A stretch of DNA of 64,000 nt from Candidatus Uhrbacteria bacterium (GCA_018673485.1 JABHCP010000015.1:25529-89528), one strand, 5' to 3'; shown: positions 16,057 through 24,544, counted from the first letter of the stretch. Program-made: numbers and translations. Notes: generated by a model not told the origin, from the sequence alone.

Positions 16057-16908
16057 ATGACAGAGTTTGATAAAGCTTTTCGAGATGCTATTGCCCAGAT
16101 CATGCTTGAGGGCTATGACATATTTTCTGAGCGCTCCCAGATTGATACTAAAGCGTTTCCAGGAATTACCTATGAGTTAAACCCAAGTAAAGGTTTTCCG
16201 CTTTTAACTCTGCGCAGAATTCCGATTCAGATTTTTGTTTCCGAAGTTGTTTGGATGATCACGGGAGAAAAGGATATATCGTTCATGCAGGAGTTTACGA
16301 AGATTTGGGATGCTTTTGCAGAAGAGGATAATACGATGGCAGCAGCTTATGGCTACAGGTGGCGCCATCATTTTGGTCGCGATCAGTTGTTGGACCTTGT
16401 TGAGCATCTAAAGCGAGAGCCGACTTCTCGGCAAGCAGTAGTTATTATGTGGGATCCAGCAGATGATGGGCTTTTGTCTCCAAAAAAGAAAAATGTACCG
16501 TGTCCTTTTACTTTCAGTGTTAATACCATTGGAAACAAGTTGAACTTTCATCTGGGTGTCAGGTCCAATGATATGATGCTTGGAAACCCGCATGATACTG
16601 CTGGTTTCGCGCTCTTGCAGGCCATGCTTGCGCAAGAGATTGGTATGGAGGTTGGGCGGTATATTGTTTCTATTTCTCATGCACACATCTACGGAAATCA
16701 TTATGAGCAGGCGCACACCATGCTTGAGCGCATGCCACATATGCATGATGAGATTGTGTTACAATTGCCCGAGAGGTCTTTTCAAAGAGCGCTTCAAAGA
16801 GATGTTAGTTTAGTTCATGAAATAACGGATTCTCTAAAGGCTCAGTATAAACCTATGAAGAAATTAAAGAAGATGAATATCATTGTGGGAGAACATAGCA
16901 CTAAGTAA
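16057..16908 (+). CDS. thymidylate synthase (ThyA) family enzyme with Asp at the uracil-specifying Asn position; candidate dCMP methylase/hydroxymethylase or divergent TS
   Basis: alignable by eye to E. coli ThyA through GFPLLTLRR, YGYRWR, catalytic Cys in NVPCPF (PCH equivalent), VRSNDMMLGNPHDTAGFALL versus RSCDVFLGLPFNIASYALL (Asn177 -> Asp); unrelated C-terminal extension. Confidence 0.7.
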   Translation: MTEFDKAFRDAIAQIMLEGYDIFSERSQIDTKAFPGITYELNPSKGFPLLTLRRIPIQIFVSEVVWMITGEKDISFMQEFTKIWDAFAEEDNTMAAAYGYRWRHHFGRDQLLDLVEHLKREPTSRQAVVIMWDPADDGLLSPKKKNVPCPFTFSVNTIGNKLNFHLGVRSNDMMLGNPHDTAGFALLQAMLAQEIGMEVGRYIVSISHAHIYGNHYEQAHTMLERMPHMHDEIVLQLPERSFQRALQRDVSLVHEITDSLKAQYKPMKKLKKMNIIVGEHSTK

Positions 16909-17416
16909 TATGAACGTATTATTATTAGCAGCAGTCAGTGCTGACGGTCGGATTGCAAAGTCAGCGGATCATTTGGCTGACTGGACTAGCAAAGAAGACA
17001 AGCGTTTTTTTGTTTCCAAAACAAAAGAGGTTGGTGCTTTGATTATGGGTCGTAAGACTTATGACACAATCGGACGTCCACTTCCAAATCGGCTGAACAT
17101 GATTATGACGCGCGAGGCAGATGCTTCGAAGAATGTTCAAGGTGAGCTTGAGTACACATCTAAATCTCCGCGTGAACTCATCGATGAACTAAAAGAGCGT
17201 GGTTATGATTCTGTGGTAATTGGTGGTGGAACATCTATCTACTCATTGTTTTTGAAAGAAGGGTTGGTGACGGATTTGTATCTTACGGTTGAATCGTTGT
17301 TGTTTGGATCGGGTATTCCATTGGTTGACGGTGTACCTCAGTTGATCCTTGACCTTCAATCAGCGGAGAAGATTGGCGAGCAGTCAGTTTTATTGCATTA
17401 TAAAATGACACAGTAG
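16883..17416 (+). CDS. folA: dihydrofolate reductase
   Basis: LLAAVSADGRIA ... LIMGRKTYDTIGRPLPNRLNMIMTRE matches the DHFR signature; overlaps the TS-family gene. Confidence 0.8.
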   Translation: MWENIALSNMNVLLLAAVSADGRIAKSADHLADWTSKEDKRFFVSKTKEVGALIMGRKTYDTIGRPLPNRLNMIMTREADASKNVQGELEYTSKSPRELIDELKERGYDSVVIGGGTSIYSLFLKEGLVTDLYLTVESLLFGSGIPLVDGVPQLILDLQSAEKIGEQSVLLHYKMTQ

Positions 17417-17516
17417 TGTCATCCCGGCCCCCGAGCCGGGATCTATCGTTTATCGAATTCGATAGTTGATAGATTCCTGCTTTCGACCCGTCTGACGGGT
17501 TTCGCAGGAATGACAA
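17404..17516 (+). ncRNA. structured intergenic element: three hairpins enclosed by TGTCAT/ATGACA
   Basis: CCCGGC-CCCCGA-GCCGGG; ATCTATC...TATCGAATTCGATA...GATAGAT; TCCTGC-TTTCGACCCGTCTGACGGGTTTC-GCAGGA; outer TGTCAT...ATGACA. Confidence 0.3.
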
Positions 17517-17529
17517 GAAATATAATTAT

Positions 17530-18453
17530 ATGAATTTAGAGGCCCCACAAATTGAATATCCATACTTACCAGAAGGTAGAGTTTTGAAATATGTTGCCCA
17601 TGATCATCCGATGATGATTGAGGCTCGTAAGGCTCAAGAGGAATTTAGTGGAGACCCAAGCTATCCGGTCGGGTCTGTATTAGTTAAGGATGGCAAGATT
17701 ATCGCAAGCGCTGGAAATGGTTTTAATCGTGGCAGGCAGGTGCATATTTGTCCACGCCTTGTCTTAGACGTTCCAACAGGAACGCAATATGAATTATGTT
17801 CATTGCATTTAAATCAAGGACATTCTGAGCAGATGTGTGTAGATCAGGCTTGTGAAGCTGGAGCGGATACAGAGGGTGCTGATTTATATATGTACGGACA
17901 TTGGTGGGCGTGTGAGCCGTGTTGGAAGAAGTTGCTTGATGCAGGAATTCGAGATGTGTATGTTACCGATGACGCTCATATTCGATTTGCACGCGATAAA
18001 GTTTATTCAGCATTTTTAACACCTTCATCGAAATCGGTGTATATCGCAGGAACTATTTCAAGTTTACCTCAGAAAGATCGATATGAATATTTACGCTTGT
18101 ACGAACGATTTGATGAGACTGCGCGAGAGATGGGGCTTGAAAGTTTTGTACCACATATTCATTCTGATATTGAAAAGAGTGAGGGTCAGGACGTGAAGAG
18201 TGTTTTTGATGTGGGGGAGGGTGAGATTGCCAAGCGTGATGCATTTGTAGCTGAGGTTACACATCCATCACACGGTGTAGGAATGGAGCTCATGAGTGCA
18301 TATAAACTTGGTAAGTCGATAATATTATTGTCAAAAAAGGGAAGTGACGTCGGGCGATTTGTGAAAAGTATCCCCACCGTGGTTTATCATGCCGAGTACG
18401 AAGATTTTGATGAGGCGTGTAAGTTTTTGAAAAACATTTTGAAACAGCTCTAG
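17530..18453 (+). CDS. dCMP/cytidylate deaminase fused to a nucleoside 2-deoxyribosyltransferase / Rcl(DNPH1)-like domain
   Basis: zinc deaminase motifs HSEQMCV and CEPCWKKL in the N-terminal half; C-terminal half has NDT/Rcl-like THPSHGVGMELMSAYKLGKSIILL with the conserved Glu. Confidence 0.65.
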   Translation: MNLEAPQIEYPYLPEGRVLKYVAHDHPMMIEARKAQEEFSGDPSYPVGSVLVKDGKIIASAGNGFNRGRQVHICPRLVLDVPTGTQYELCSLHLNQGHSEQMCVDQACEAGADTEGADLYMYGHWWACEPCWKKLLDAGIRDVYVTDDAHIRFARDKVYSAFLTPSSKSVYIAGTISSLPQKDRYEYLRLYERFDETAREMGLESFVPHIHSDIEKSEGQDVKSVFDVGEGEIAKRDAFVAEVTHPSHGVGMELMSAYKLGKSIILLSKKGSDVGRFVKSIPTVVYHAEYEDFDEACKFLKNILKQL

Positions 18454-18455
18454 CT

Positions 18456-18878
18456 ATGAGTGCAGAGCGTCCAATGTATTGTGTTGGAGTGAACGTTTTT
18501 GTGATGCGTGATGGTAAGTTGCTTTTAGGACAACGAAAGCATTGTTCAGGTGAGGGATCGTGGGGTTTACCTGGTGGTCACTTAGAGCATGGTGAATCGA
18601 TGGAAAGTGCGGGTTTGCGTGAACTGATGGAAGAGACGGGGCTTCAGGCAGATTCGTTGACATTTGTGAATATTGTTAATGATCGTAGTAGGGGGCAGCA
18701 TTACATTCAGACAGGATTTTTGGCGAACAATATTTCTGGGGAGGTTGGTGTTATGGAGCCAGATCGGTGTGAATGTTGGGAGTGGTTTGATGTTGATTTA
18801 TTACCTAAGAATCTTTTTCACGGACATGAAGCTCAGATAGAAATATTTAGACAGGATAAAATATTTAGAGATAATTAA
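18456..18878 (+). CDS. Nudix (MutT-like) hydrolase
   Basis: Nudix box GGHLEHGESMESAGLRELMEETGL. Confidence 0.8.
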   Translation: MSAERPMYCVGVNVFVMRDGKLLLGQRKHCSGEGSWGLPGGHLEHGESMESAGLRELMEETGLQADSLTFVNIVNDRSRGQHYIQTGFLANNISGEVGVMEPDRCECWEWFDVDLLPKNLFHGHEAQIEIFRQDKIFRDN

Positions 18879-18881
18879 AAC

Positions 18882-18907
18882 ACAGCTCTAATCAAGCTGT
18901 TTTTTTC
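18882..18907 (+). terminator. intrinsic terminator after the Nudix gene
   Basis: ACAGCT-CTAATCA-AGCTGTTTTTTT. Confidence 0.6.
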
Positions 18908-20178
18908 TTGGAAAAGCATGAAGCGCGTAGACGAGTGTCGTACGCGCTTCTTACGAGGAGGGAGTCAGACGAAGCCCTCCTTGAGAATGTGGCCCATGTT
19001 ACCTCCGTGAGGTTAGAGGCCTGATTGTTTGGCAAATGCCATGCTCGCTTACCAGTCGTGTGACTGCGAGCGTTGGGTTTTGACGAGATTGATTACCGAG
19101 GCCCTCGTCATCTGGCCCCATATCGCGCATGATGCACCTCCTTGAAGGGGCCTAGCGATTTCATTGCAGCGCATTACCTAGCGCTGCGTTAGGACAGATT
19201 ATCCGATCTGCACAGGGATCTAAGTTAACCGCGTTTTGTCTCTGGGTGGCCAAGGTTGACGTCTCATGGCGACCTTGCGGGGCGGTGCTTCTGCACCCGA
19301 GCCAGCATGATACTTTTACGCACACTTACTGTGCACCTGCTACCAACGCTGCAACGCTGATTCAGGGGGAGCTATACTGTACTCCGTGTTTCGAGAGATG
19401 GCGAGTCTCCCATTTTTCATCTTGGGCGCCTTACTTCCCTTAAGGTGTCCGAGACACCAAGTATCAGATGAGGTACTTGTGCGTTGTGGCCCTGGTAGGC
19501 CTTAACGACATATCTGTAACTTGAGTACTTGCAGTGACTCATGAAACAGTGAGGTCTCCGTACTAATTTCCATTTCTCAAAGAGTTGAGCCATTTGCCCG
19601 CAGGCATATGATTCTTCTTGGATTGGCCTAAATGTTGGTTTGGCCCCAAATGCCCGTTCGAGACATTCTTGAAAAATCCTACTATTAATACGTTCTTCTC
19701 TCGCATTGTCGACTGGCGCAGTGCCTCTATTCGAGGACTTCTTCACGCGTGGAACCAGTTACCGTGTTATCCCTTCCCAGGGCACGGCCTCCACACGCTG
19801 TTTAGTATTCATCTTCCATCGGGGGGTTGGGGAAGAACATCTCTTCCTCCTGTGTGAGTTGTTCTGGCGCCTTTTTATGCGCCGTGTATGTGCCTACATT
19901 TTTACGCCCCGTTTCATTGGGGTGGGTTTGAGGGTTGTTGTGGTACCTGCCTTGCGGCAGGTGCTTGCTGCCGGTTGGCCCGGGCGGGCCAGTTACGTGG
20001 CAGCTCCTCAACCGAAGTGCGAAGAATACATAATTCCTCTCCTCCTTGTGTAGGATGAACAATATAGCACAAAAAAGACCTTTTGTCAAGGTAAAGTGCT
20101 AATTTTCGCGCTAAAATTAGGTGCAAAACAAGGGCCGCTCCGGCCCAAAGGGCGGAGCGGAAGTGCTGTGTGGGCCAT

Positions 20179-20568
20179 CTAGACCATGAGTGTTTTGACT
20201 GCCTCGACGATCTCTGGGAGAGATGAGTCGCCGGCAATGAAGGCTTTGGTTGCGTGACGCGCAACAAGCTCCATGCCAGCAGGATCACATCGGTCTGAGG
20301 CGATGAAGATGGGGATGTCGATCTCCATCACTCGGAGTGCAGCAGCAATGATGACACCAGCTTCGCCACGTACGTCGTGATGAATGTTTTCGCATTCGGT
20401 GAACATCATTCGTGTGATGATGAGGCCGGGTTGTGGGATTTGGAGTATCGCCTGTATACCTGCATAGGGGTTGAATGCCACCATGACTTCAGTGCCTTCG
20501 ATGGTGTCAATGTGGTGCTCAAGGCTTTCACGCCAGGGCAGATTCGAGGCGATGATAAGGATGCGCAT
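20179..20568 (-). CDS. hypothetical protein, possibly a degenerate CheY-like receiver domain
   Basis: 129 aa; beta-alpha pattern MRILIIASN...GLIITRMMF but no acidic pocket DD. Confidence 0.3.
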   Translation of the reverse strand: MRILIIASNLPWRESLEHHIDTIEGTEVMVAFNPYAGIQAILQIPQPGLIITRMMFTECENIHHDVRGEAGVIIAAALRVMEIDIPIFIASDRCDPAGMELVARHATKAFIAGDSSLPEIVEAVKTLMV

Positions 20569-20632
20569 GGATTCCTCCAGGAGTAGGTTGTACGCAGATG
20601 AATTTAATCATCGACAATGTTTCTTGTCAATC

Positions 20633-20740
20633 ACAAAACCGCATCCATATCATCATCCTGAACGAGGCCGATAGGCCGATGGGGGATCTTTTGAGAAGAT
20701 TTCTCCCTGCGGTTGAATGGTAGGAGAATGCGGTTTTTGT
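20633..20740 (+). ncRNA. structured element B: homologue of element A, ends in a hairpin plus T-run
   Basis: closing helix AAAACCGCAT/ATGCGGTTTTTG; CCATATCATCATCCTGAACG block; GGGGGATCTTTTGAGAAGATTTCTCC; GAATGGTAGG; T-run at 20735-20744. Confidence 0.3.
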
Positions 20741-20745
20741 TTTCT

Positions 20746-20783
20746 GACTTCACATAAGGTCCGATCGGACCTTATGTGAAGTC
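20746..20783. repeat. 38 bp perfect palindrome GACTTCACATAAGGTCCGATCGGACCTTATGTGAAGTC
   Basis: read directly; lies between dcd stop and element B. Confidence 0.6.
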
Positions 20784-20788
20784 ATTGA

Positions 20789-21442
20789 TTAGAGTGAAAA
20801 TTTGTCTTTTAGGGCTTGTAGGTTTCCTCTTGTGAGTAGGTCTCGTTCTTCAGATTTATCAACTTTATATTTTGGTTCACCTGAGTTTGAGTATTTCGCT
20901 TCTGACAGCCCGTGCATTTGTGCTTCTTCACTCGTGAGAGGTTCGGACAACTCTTCGAAAATCACCTGGCAGATTCGTTCACCTGGGAAGATTCGTAGTA
21001 CTTGGTTTCCAGCCTCGTTTTTCATTGGGAATATCAAGTTGCCGTTATATCCGGTGTCGATGATTCCTGAGAGTGATAGGTTTATTCCTCTTCGGTTCGT
21101 GGAAGTTCGGGGGAAGAGGATTGCCATAAGGTCAGGCGCGTTCATTTCGATTCGTTCAAGACTTGTTGCTATAACGAATTCGTTTGGAAGAAGATCGAAA
21201 TATTGTCCGGGCTTGAGGGTTACTTCATCAAACTGTTCAGAGTGAATGTCGGTATCTTCTATTGAAACTTTGAGAGCTGCACGACCTTTTTCGGTTATGG
21301 TCCAGTTTTTTGGAATCAAGAACTTATATCCGAGCCTCAAATCAATAGCGTGTGGTTGCAATTGGAAATGATCGAGTCCTGGATCAAAAACGATATCATT
21401 GGATTTGATCCGTTCTAAAATTGCTTTTCGCGTTAAAATCAT
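20789..21442 (-). CDS. dcd: dCTP deaminase family protein
   Basis: MILTRKAILERIK...AIDLRLG...GIIDTGYNGNLIFPMKNEAGN...PGERICQVIFEEL matches Dcd; start taken at the Met aligning with the Dcd N-terminus (the 276 nt GC-rich ORF extension upstream is not credited). Confidence 0.8.
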   Translation of the reverse strand: MILTRKAILERIKSNDIVFDPGLDHFQLQPHAIDLRLGYKFLIPKNWTITEKGRAALKVSIEDTDIHSEQFDEVTLKPGQYFDLLPNEFVIATSLERIEMNAPDLMAILFPRTSTNRRGINLSLSGIIDTGYNGNLIFPMKNEAGNQVLRIFPGERICQVIFEELSEPLTSEEAQMHGLSEAKYSNSGEPKYKVDKSEERDLLTRGNLQALKDKFSL

Positions 21443-21892
21443 ATGCCAATAGATTATCATATTGAGCGATTTGCCTCCAGGTGCGAGAACACCGCAGCTC
21501 AAGTGTTGCGGTGTAGTGAGGCGTTGAGCCACGTTTGACGTAATACGCGTCGTATTTGTTCGAGCGAGAGAACTTCGGGGCGCGTATTGCCAATCCGCAC
21601 ACAGACCATGATGACGCCGGCGCGTACCCAGGAGCAGGGGATTGAGCGTGAGCGCATGAAAAGCTCTAGCTGATTTGGCGTTGGAAGCGTAGCCGCGTTT
21701 ATAGAGATTGTGATGCAATACTCTGTTTGATAACCGTGGAGCTCCATTAGGCGTTCACGGTCAATATTGCTCAAATCTCGAAGCGTGATGCCCATAGGGC
21801 TCTCCTGTGCAAAGGTTGGACATTCACCTTAGCAGATTTATAGGAAACACAAAACCGCCCTTACGAGCGGTTTATTTGTTTCGTGTTTTCGA

Positions 21893-22591
21893 TTACAGAC
21901 TTCCAGTATCAAGTTTGATTGCTGGCCCCATTGTTGAGGTGAGCGTTGCAGACTTTATGAATGTTCCTTTTGTTTTTGCAGGTCGAGCTTTTTTGATGGC
22001 CTCGATTGCAGTCTGAGCATTCTCCATGATCTTAGTCTCATCAAATGAGATCTTTGCCACGGTCATGTGGATGTTTGATGTGTTGTCGTTTTTGAATGAT
22101 ACTTTTCCAGCTTTCTGTTCTTTAATCATTTTCTCCACGTTTGTACCAACAGTATCAGTCTTTGGGTTTGGCATTAGTCCACGTGGCCCTAGGATACGTG
22201 CTGCTTTTGCAAGCTTGGCCATCATAGTTGGTACCGCTACTGCAACGTCGAAGTTTATTTCACCTTTTTGGATGATCTGCGCGATTACCTCTTCTGTTCC
22301 TACAATGTCTGCTCCTGCATCTTTTGCAACGGTTTCATTAGCTGAGTCTACGAACGCAATCACTCGTACTTTCTTACCACTTCCATGAGGAAGGGTGATG
22401 GTTGGTCGAATCTGTTGTTCAGATTGCTTTGGATCGATTCCTAGCAACATGTGGATCTCTACAGATTCATCAAACTTTGCATTTGCTACTTCCTTGAGTA
22501 ATGTAATCGCTTCATCTAACTTGTAGTTTTTAGTCTTATCAACTTTACTTACAGCTTCAACGAAGCGTTTGCTTGTTTTTTGTTTTTTCAT
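21893..22591 (-). CDS. rplA: 50S ribosomal protein L1
   Basis: full-length match to L1 (LLKEVANAKFDESVEIHMLLGIDPKQS...LGPRGLMPNPKTDTVG). Confidence 0.95.
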   Translation of the reverse strand: MKKQKTSKRFVEAVSKVDKTKNYKLDEAITLLKEVANAKFDESVEIHMLLGIDPKQSEQQIRPTITLPHGSGKKVRVIAFVDSANETVAKDAGADIVGTEEVIAQIIQKGEINFDVAVAVPTMMAKLAKAARILGPRGLMPNPKTDTVGTNVEKMIKEQKAGKVSFKNDNTSNIHMTVAKISFDETKIMENAQTAIEAIKKARPAKTKGTFIKSATLTSTMGPAIKLDTGSL

Positions 22592-22639
22592 ATTTGCTTT
22601 AGTGGTATTAGCGCCAGTTCAGGCTCCCACGATTATTAT

Positions 22640-23074
22640 TTATTTTTTGATCAGATTTTTCCAATCTCGATATACGATTCTGAAGTGAATCAGGAATAGT
22701 GGCAGAGCAATGAGTATTAGTGATAGGTTGCGCACCGCATCACTAGCCTTGGTTCGGTGATAATTATCAATTGATTCTTGATTGTAAGTTTCGCACTCTG
22801 CAAGGATCTCTTCACTTGTAAGCCCCTCGTCTTCATACATATATTTTGCTGAGCGAGTCTCTGAACAGCTTTGCAACCATTCTGGTGTATCTGCTGCAGG
22901 GAAGACGTAAGTCTTTAACCCCATGTTGAGCAGGTCAGCTGTGCCGAACATTAGTGTGAAGAATGTTACTGCCGCTACAACTGCGAAGTACAATCTAATA
23001 ATAAATGAACTTGCCTCCTTCATATATTGATAATTATTTTTGATTACTTGATATCTACTCCCATCTGTCGACAT
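22640..23074 (-). CDS. hypothetical membrane protein inserted between rplK and rplA
   Basis: 144 aa with two hydrophobic helices; position unusual for this conserved cluster. Confidence 0.4.
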   Translation of the reverse strand: MSTDGSRYQVIKNNYQYMKEASSFIIRLYFAVVAAVTFFTLMFGTADLLNMGLKTYVFPAADTPEWLQSCSETRSAKYMYEDEGLTSEEILAECETYNQESIDNYHRTKASDAVRNLSLILIALPLFLIHFRIVYRDWKNLIKK

Positions 23075-23466
23075 GTTCCAGCAACAATGTTCATTGCCAT
23101 CTCAACGTCATCAGTATTAAGGTCGGGAATTTTCACCTCAGCGATTTCTGCAAGCTGAGCTTTTGTGATTGAACCAATTTTTTCAGTATTTGGCTTTCCA
23201 GAACCCTTTTTAATTCCAGCTGCTTTTTTGATTAGTTCTGCAGTTGGAGCGGTCTTGAGCTCAAAGCTATATGATCGATCTTCATAGATTGTAAGCACTG
23301 CTGGAACAACTTCACCGCGACGATCTTGTGTTGCGTTGTTAAAGTCATTTACGAACTGTGCAATGTTTACACCATGCTGTGATAGTGCTGGTCCAAGAGG
23401 AGGCGCCGGAGTTGCAGCCCCTCCCATTGCCTGAACCTTCATTACTGTAAGGATTTTTTTTGCCAT
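23044..23466 (-). CDS. rplK: 50S ribosomal protein L11
   Basis: MAKKILTVMKVQAMGGAATPAPPLGPALSQHGVNIAQFVNDFN; start at the MAKK Met rather than the longer ORF. Confidence 0.93.
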   Translation of the reverse strand: MAKKILTVMKVQAMGGAATPAPPLGPALSQHGVNIAQFVNDFNNATQDRRGEVVPAVLTIYEDRSYSFELKTAPTAELIKKAAGIKKGSGKPNTEKIGSITKAQLAEIAEVKIPDLNTDDVEMAMNIVAGTCRQMGVDIK

Positions 23467-24012
23467 ACATTTAGTATTTAAGTAGATTCCCGCAATTGCG
23501 AGCAACTACTGTATGAATAAGTGCCGTAAGTGTGCCAGAATTGCACTTTTGTGTCAAGATTAGCGGTTTAACTGCGCTGGAGGTGTTTCACCCTCCAGAC
23601 CTCCTGACATACTTTCTTTGTTGGCTCAAAGAAAGTATGCAAAGCCATGGCGGAGCCAGGTCCGGCTCCGCCGGAAAAGAGCCCTGTCAGGGCGTCCCAC
23701 GGCCGAACAGAATGCCGCGGCCTGCAGTCAATGTTTTTGGGTGACTATGAATGGACTGATTGCCAGTTCGGTCGGCAGGCTCCCTCTCAGACGGAGTGGT
23801 TTGACAATGAATGGACGGGGGCTAACTACTTAAACATTGACGGGGGACTGAGAGGGGAAGATGGGGTATGATATTTGATTAGTAGGCCTAGCTTTATAAA
23901 GCCAGGCCTAGGGTCATGCTTATCAAAAAAAGCGGAATCCCCGACCAGTTGATCGGGGCACGGGGCTGTGGATAGAGGTTGAACATCTGTCCACAGGACG
24001 GATTGAGTTGTA

Positions 24013-24402
24013 TCAGGGGCCCTCGGGCTCGTCGGGTTCAGGTTTATCGACCTCAGGTGCCGGGTCGAAGCCATTGTCGAGCTCACGGATCTTGTGTTCA
24101 AGCCATGACACAACGGCACCAGGATCTCTCCTATGTTCCAAGTTGATGATGACGGTGCGCATCTGATCAAGCGCGTAGTTGAGCTGGCGTGCGAGCTTGC
24201 GCTCGCTGGCGGAGGGGACGGTCAGATTCGAGGTCTTGCATCGCTGCTTCTTGATCGTTTTACCACCCAACAGTAGACCGAAAGTAAACAGACACATAGG
24301 GCCTATTAGGTGTGCCATGTCGGGCATTTCCGGCTTGAAGATGGTGTTGAGCAGGGAAGCGAATGCAATTGCGATAAGAACGAGGATTTGAACAAGGATC
24401 AT
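24013..24402 (-). CDS. hypothetical small membrane protein inserted between nusG and rplK
   Basis: 129 aa, N-terminal TM pair, acidic proline-rich tail. Confidence 0.35.
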   Translation of the reverse strand: MILVQILVLIAIAFASLLNTIFKPEMPDMAHLIGPMCLFTFGLLLGGKTIKKQRCKTSNLTVPSASERKLARQLNYALDQMRTVIINLEHRRDPGAVVSWLEHKIRELDNGFDPAPEVDKPEPDEPEGP

Positions 24403-24493
24403 GCTTGCCTCATGTGATATGGAATGAACAGATACACTCGGGAATGAGCGGTAAGTTAAAGTTAGATTGATAGAGGGGGATTGTCAAGTTGAC

Positions 24494-24529
24494 GGCAACC
24501 TCCCCTAGCCCCTCCTTGGGAAGGAGGGG
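24494..24529 (+). repeat. REP-like GC-rich element, copy a (GGCAACC + CCCCTCCTTGGGAAGGAGGGG hairpin)
   Basis: sequence read directly; family of 5 copies. Confidence 0.5.
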
Positions 24530-24544
24530 AATCGAGAAGTGAAA

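Noticed and set aside
19120-19145. GATGCACCTCCTTGAAGG resembling the 16S rRNA 3' end (GGATCACCTCCTT)
   Set aside because: No surrounding 16S-like sequence. More likely a degenerate copy of the REP-like CCTCCTT hairpin family.
14676-21442. Nucleotide-metabolism cluster as a prophage remnant
   Set aside because: No integrase, terminase, capsid or tail genes. Flanked by core genes (gatB, rplA) on both sides. Interpreted as chromosomal, although phage origin of individual genes remains possible.
21443-21718. N-terminal 92-aa extension of the dcd ORF (and similar over-long starts at 29266, 37590, 52388, 47446-49380)
   Set aside because: Extensions are GC-rich or hydrophilic junk, overlap neighbouring genes or REP elements, and alignment to family N-termini supports the internal Met starts used in the feature list.
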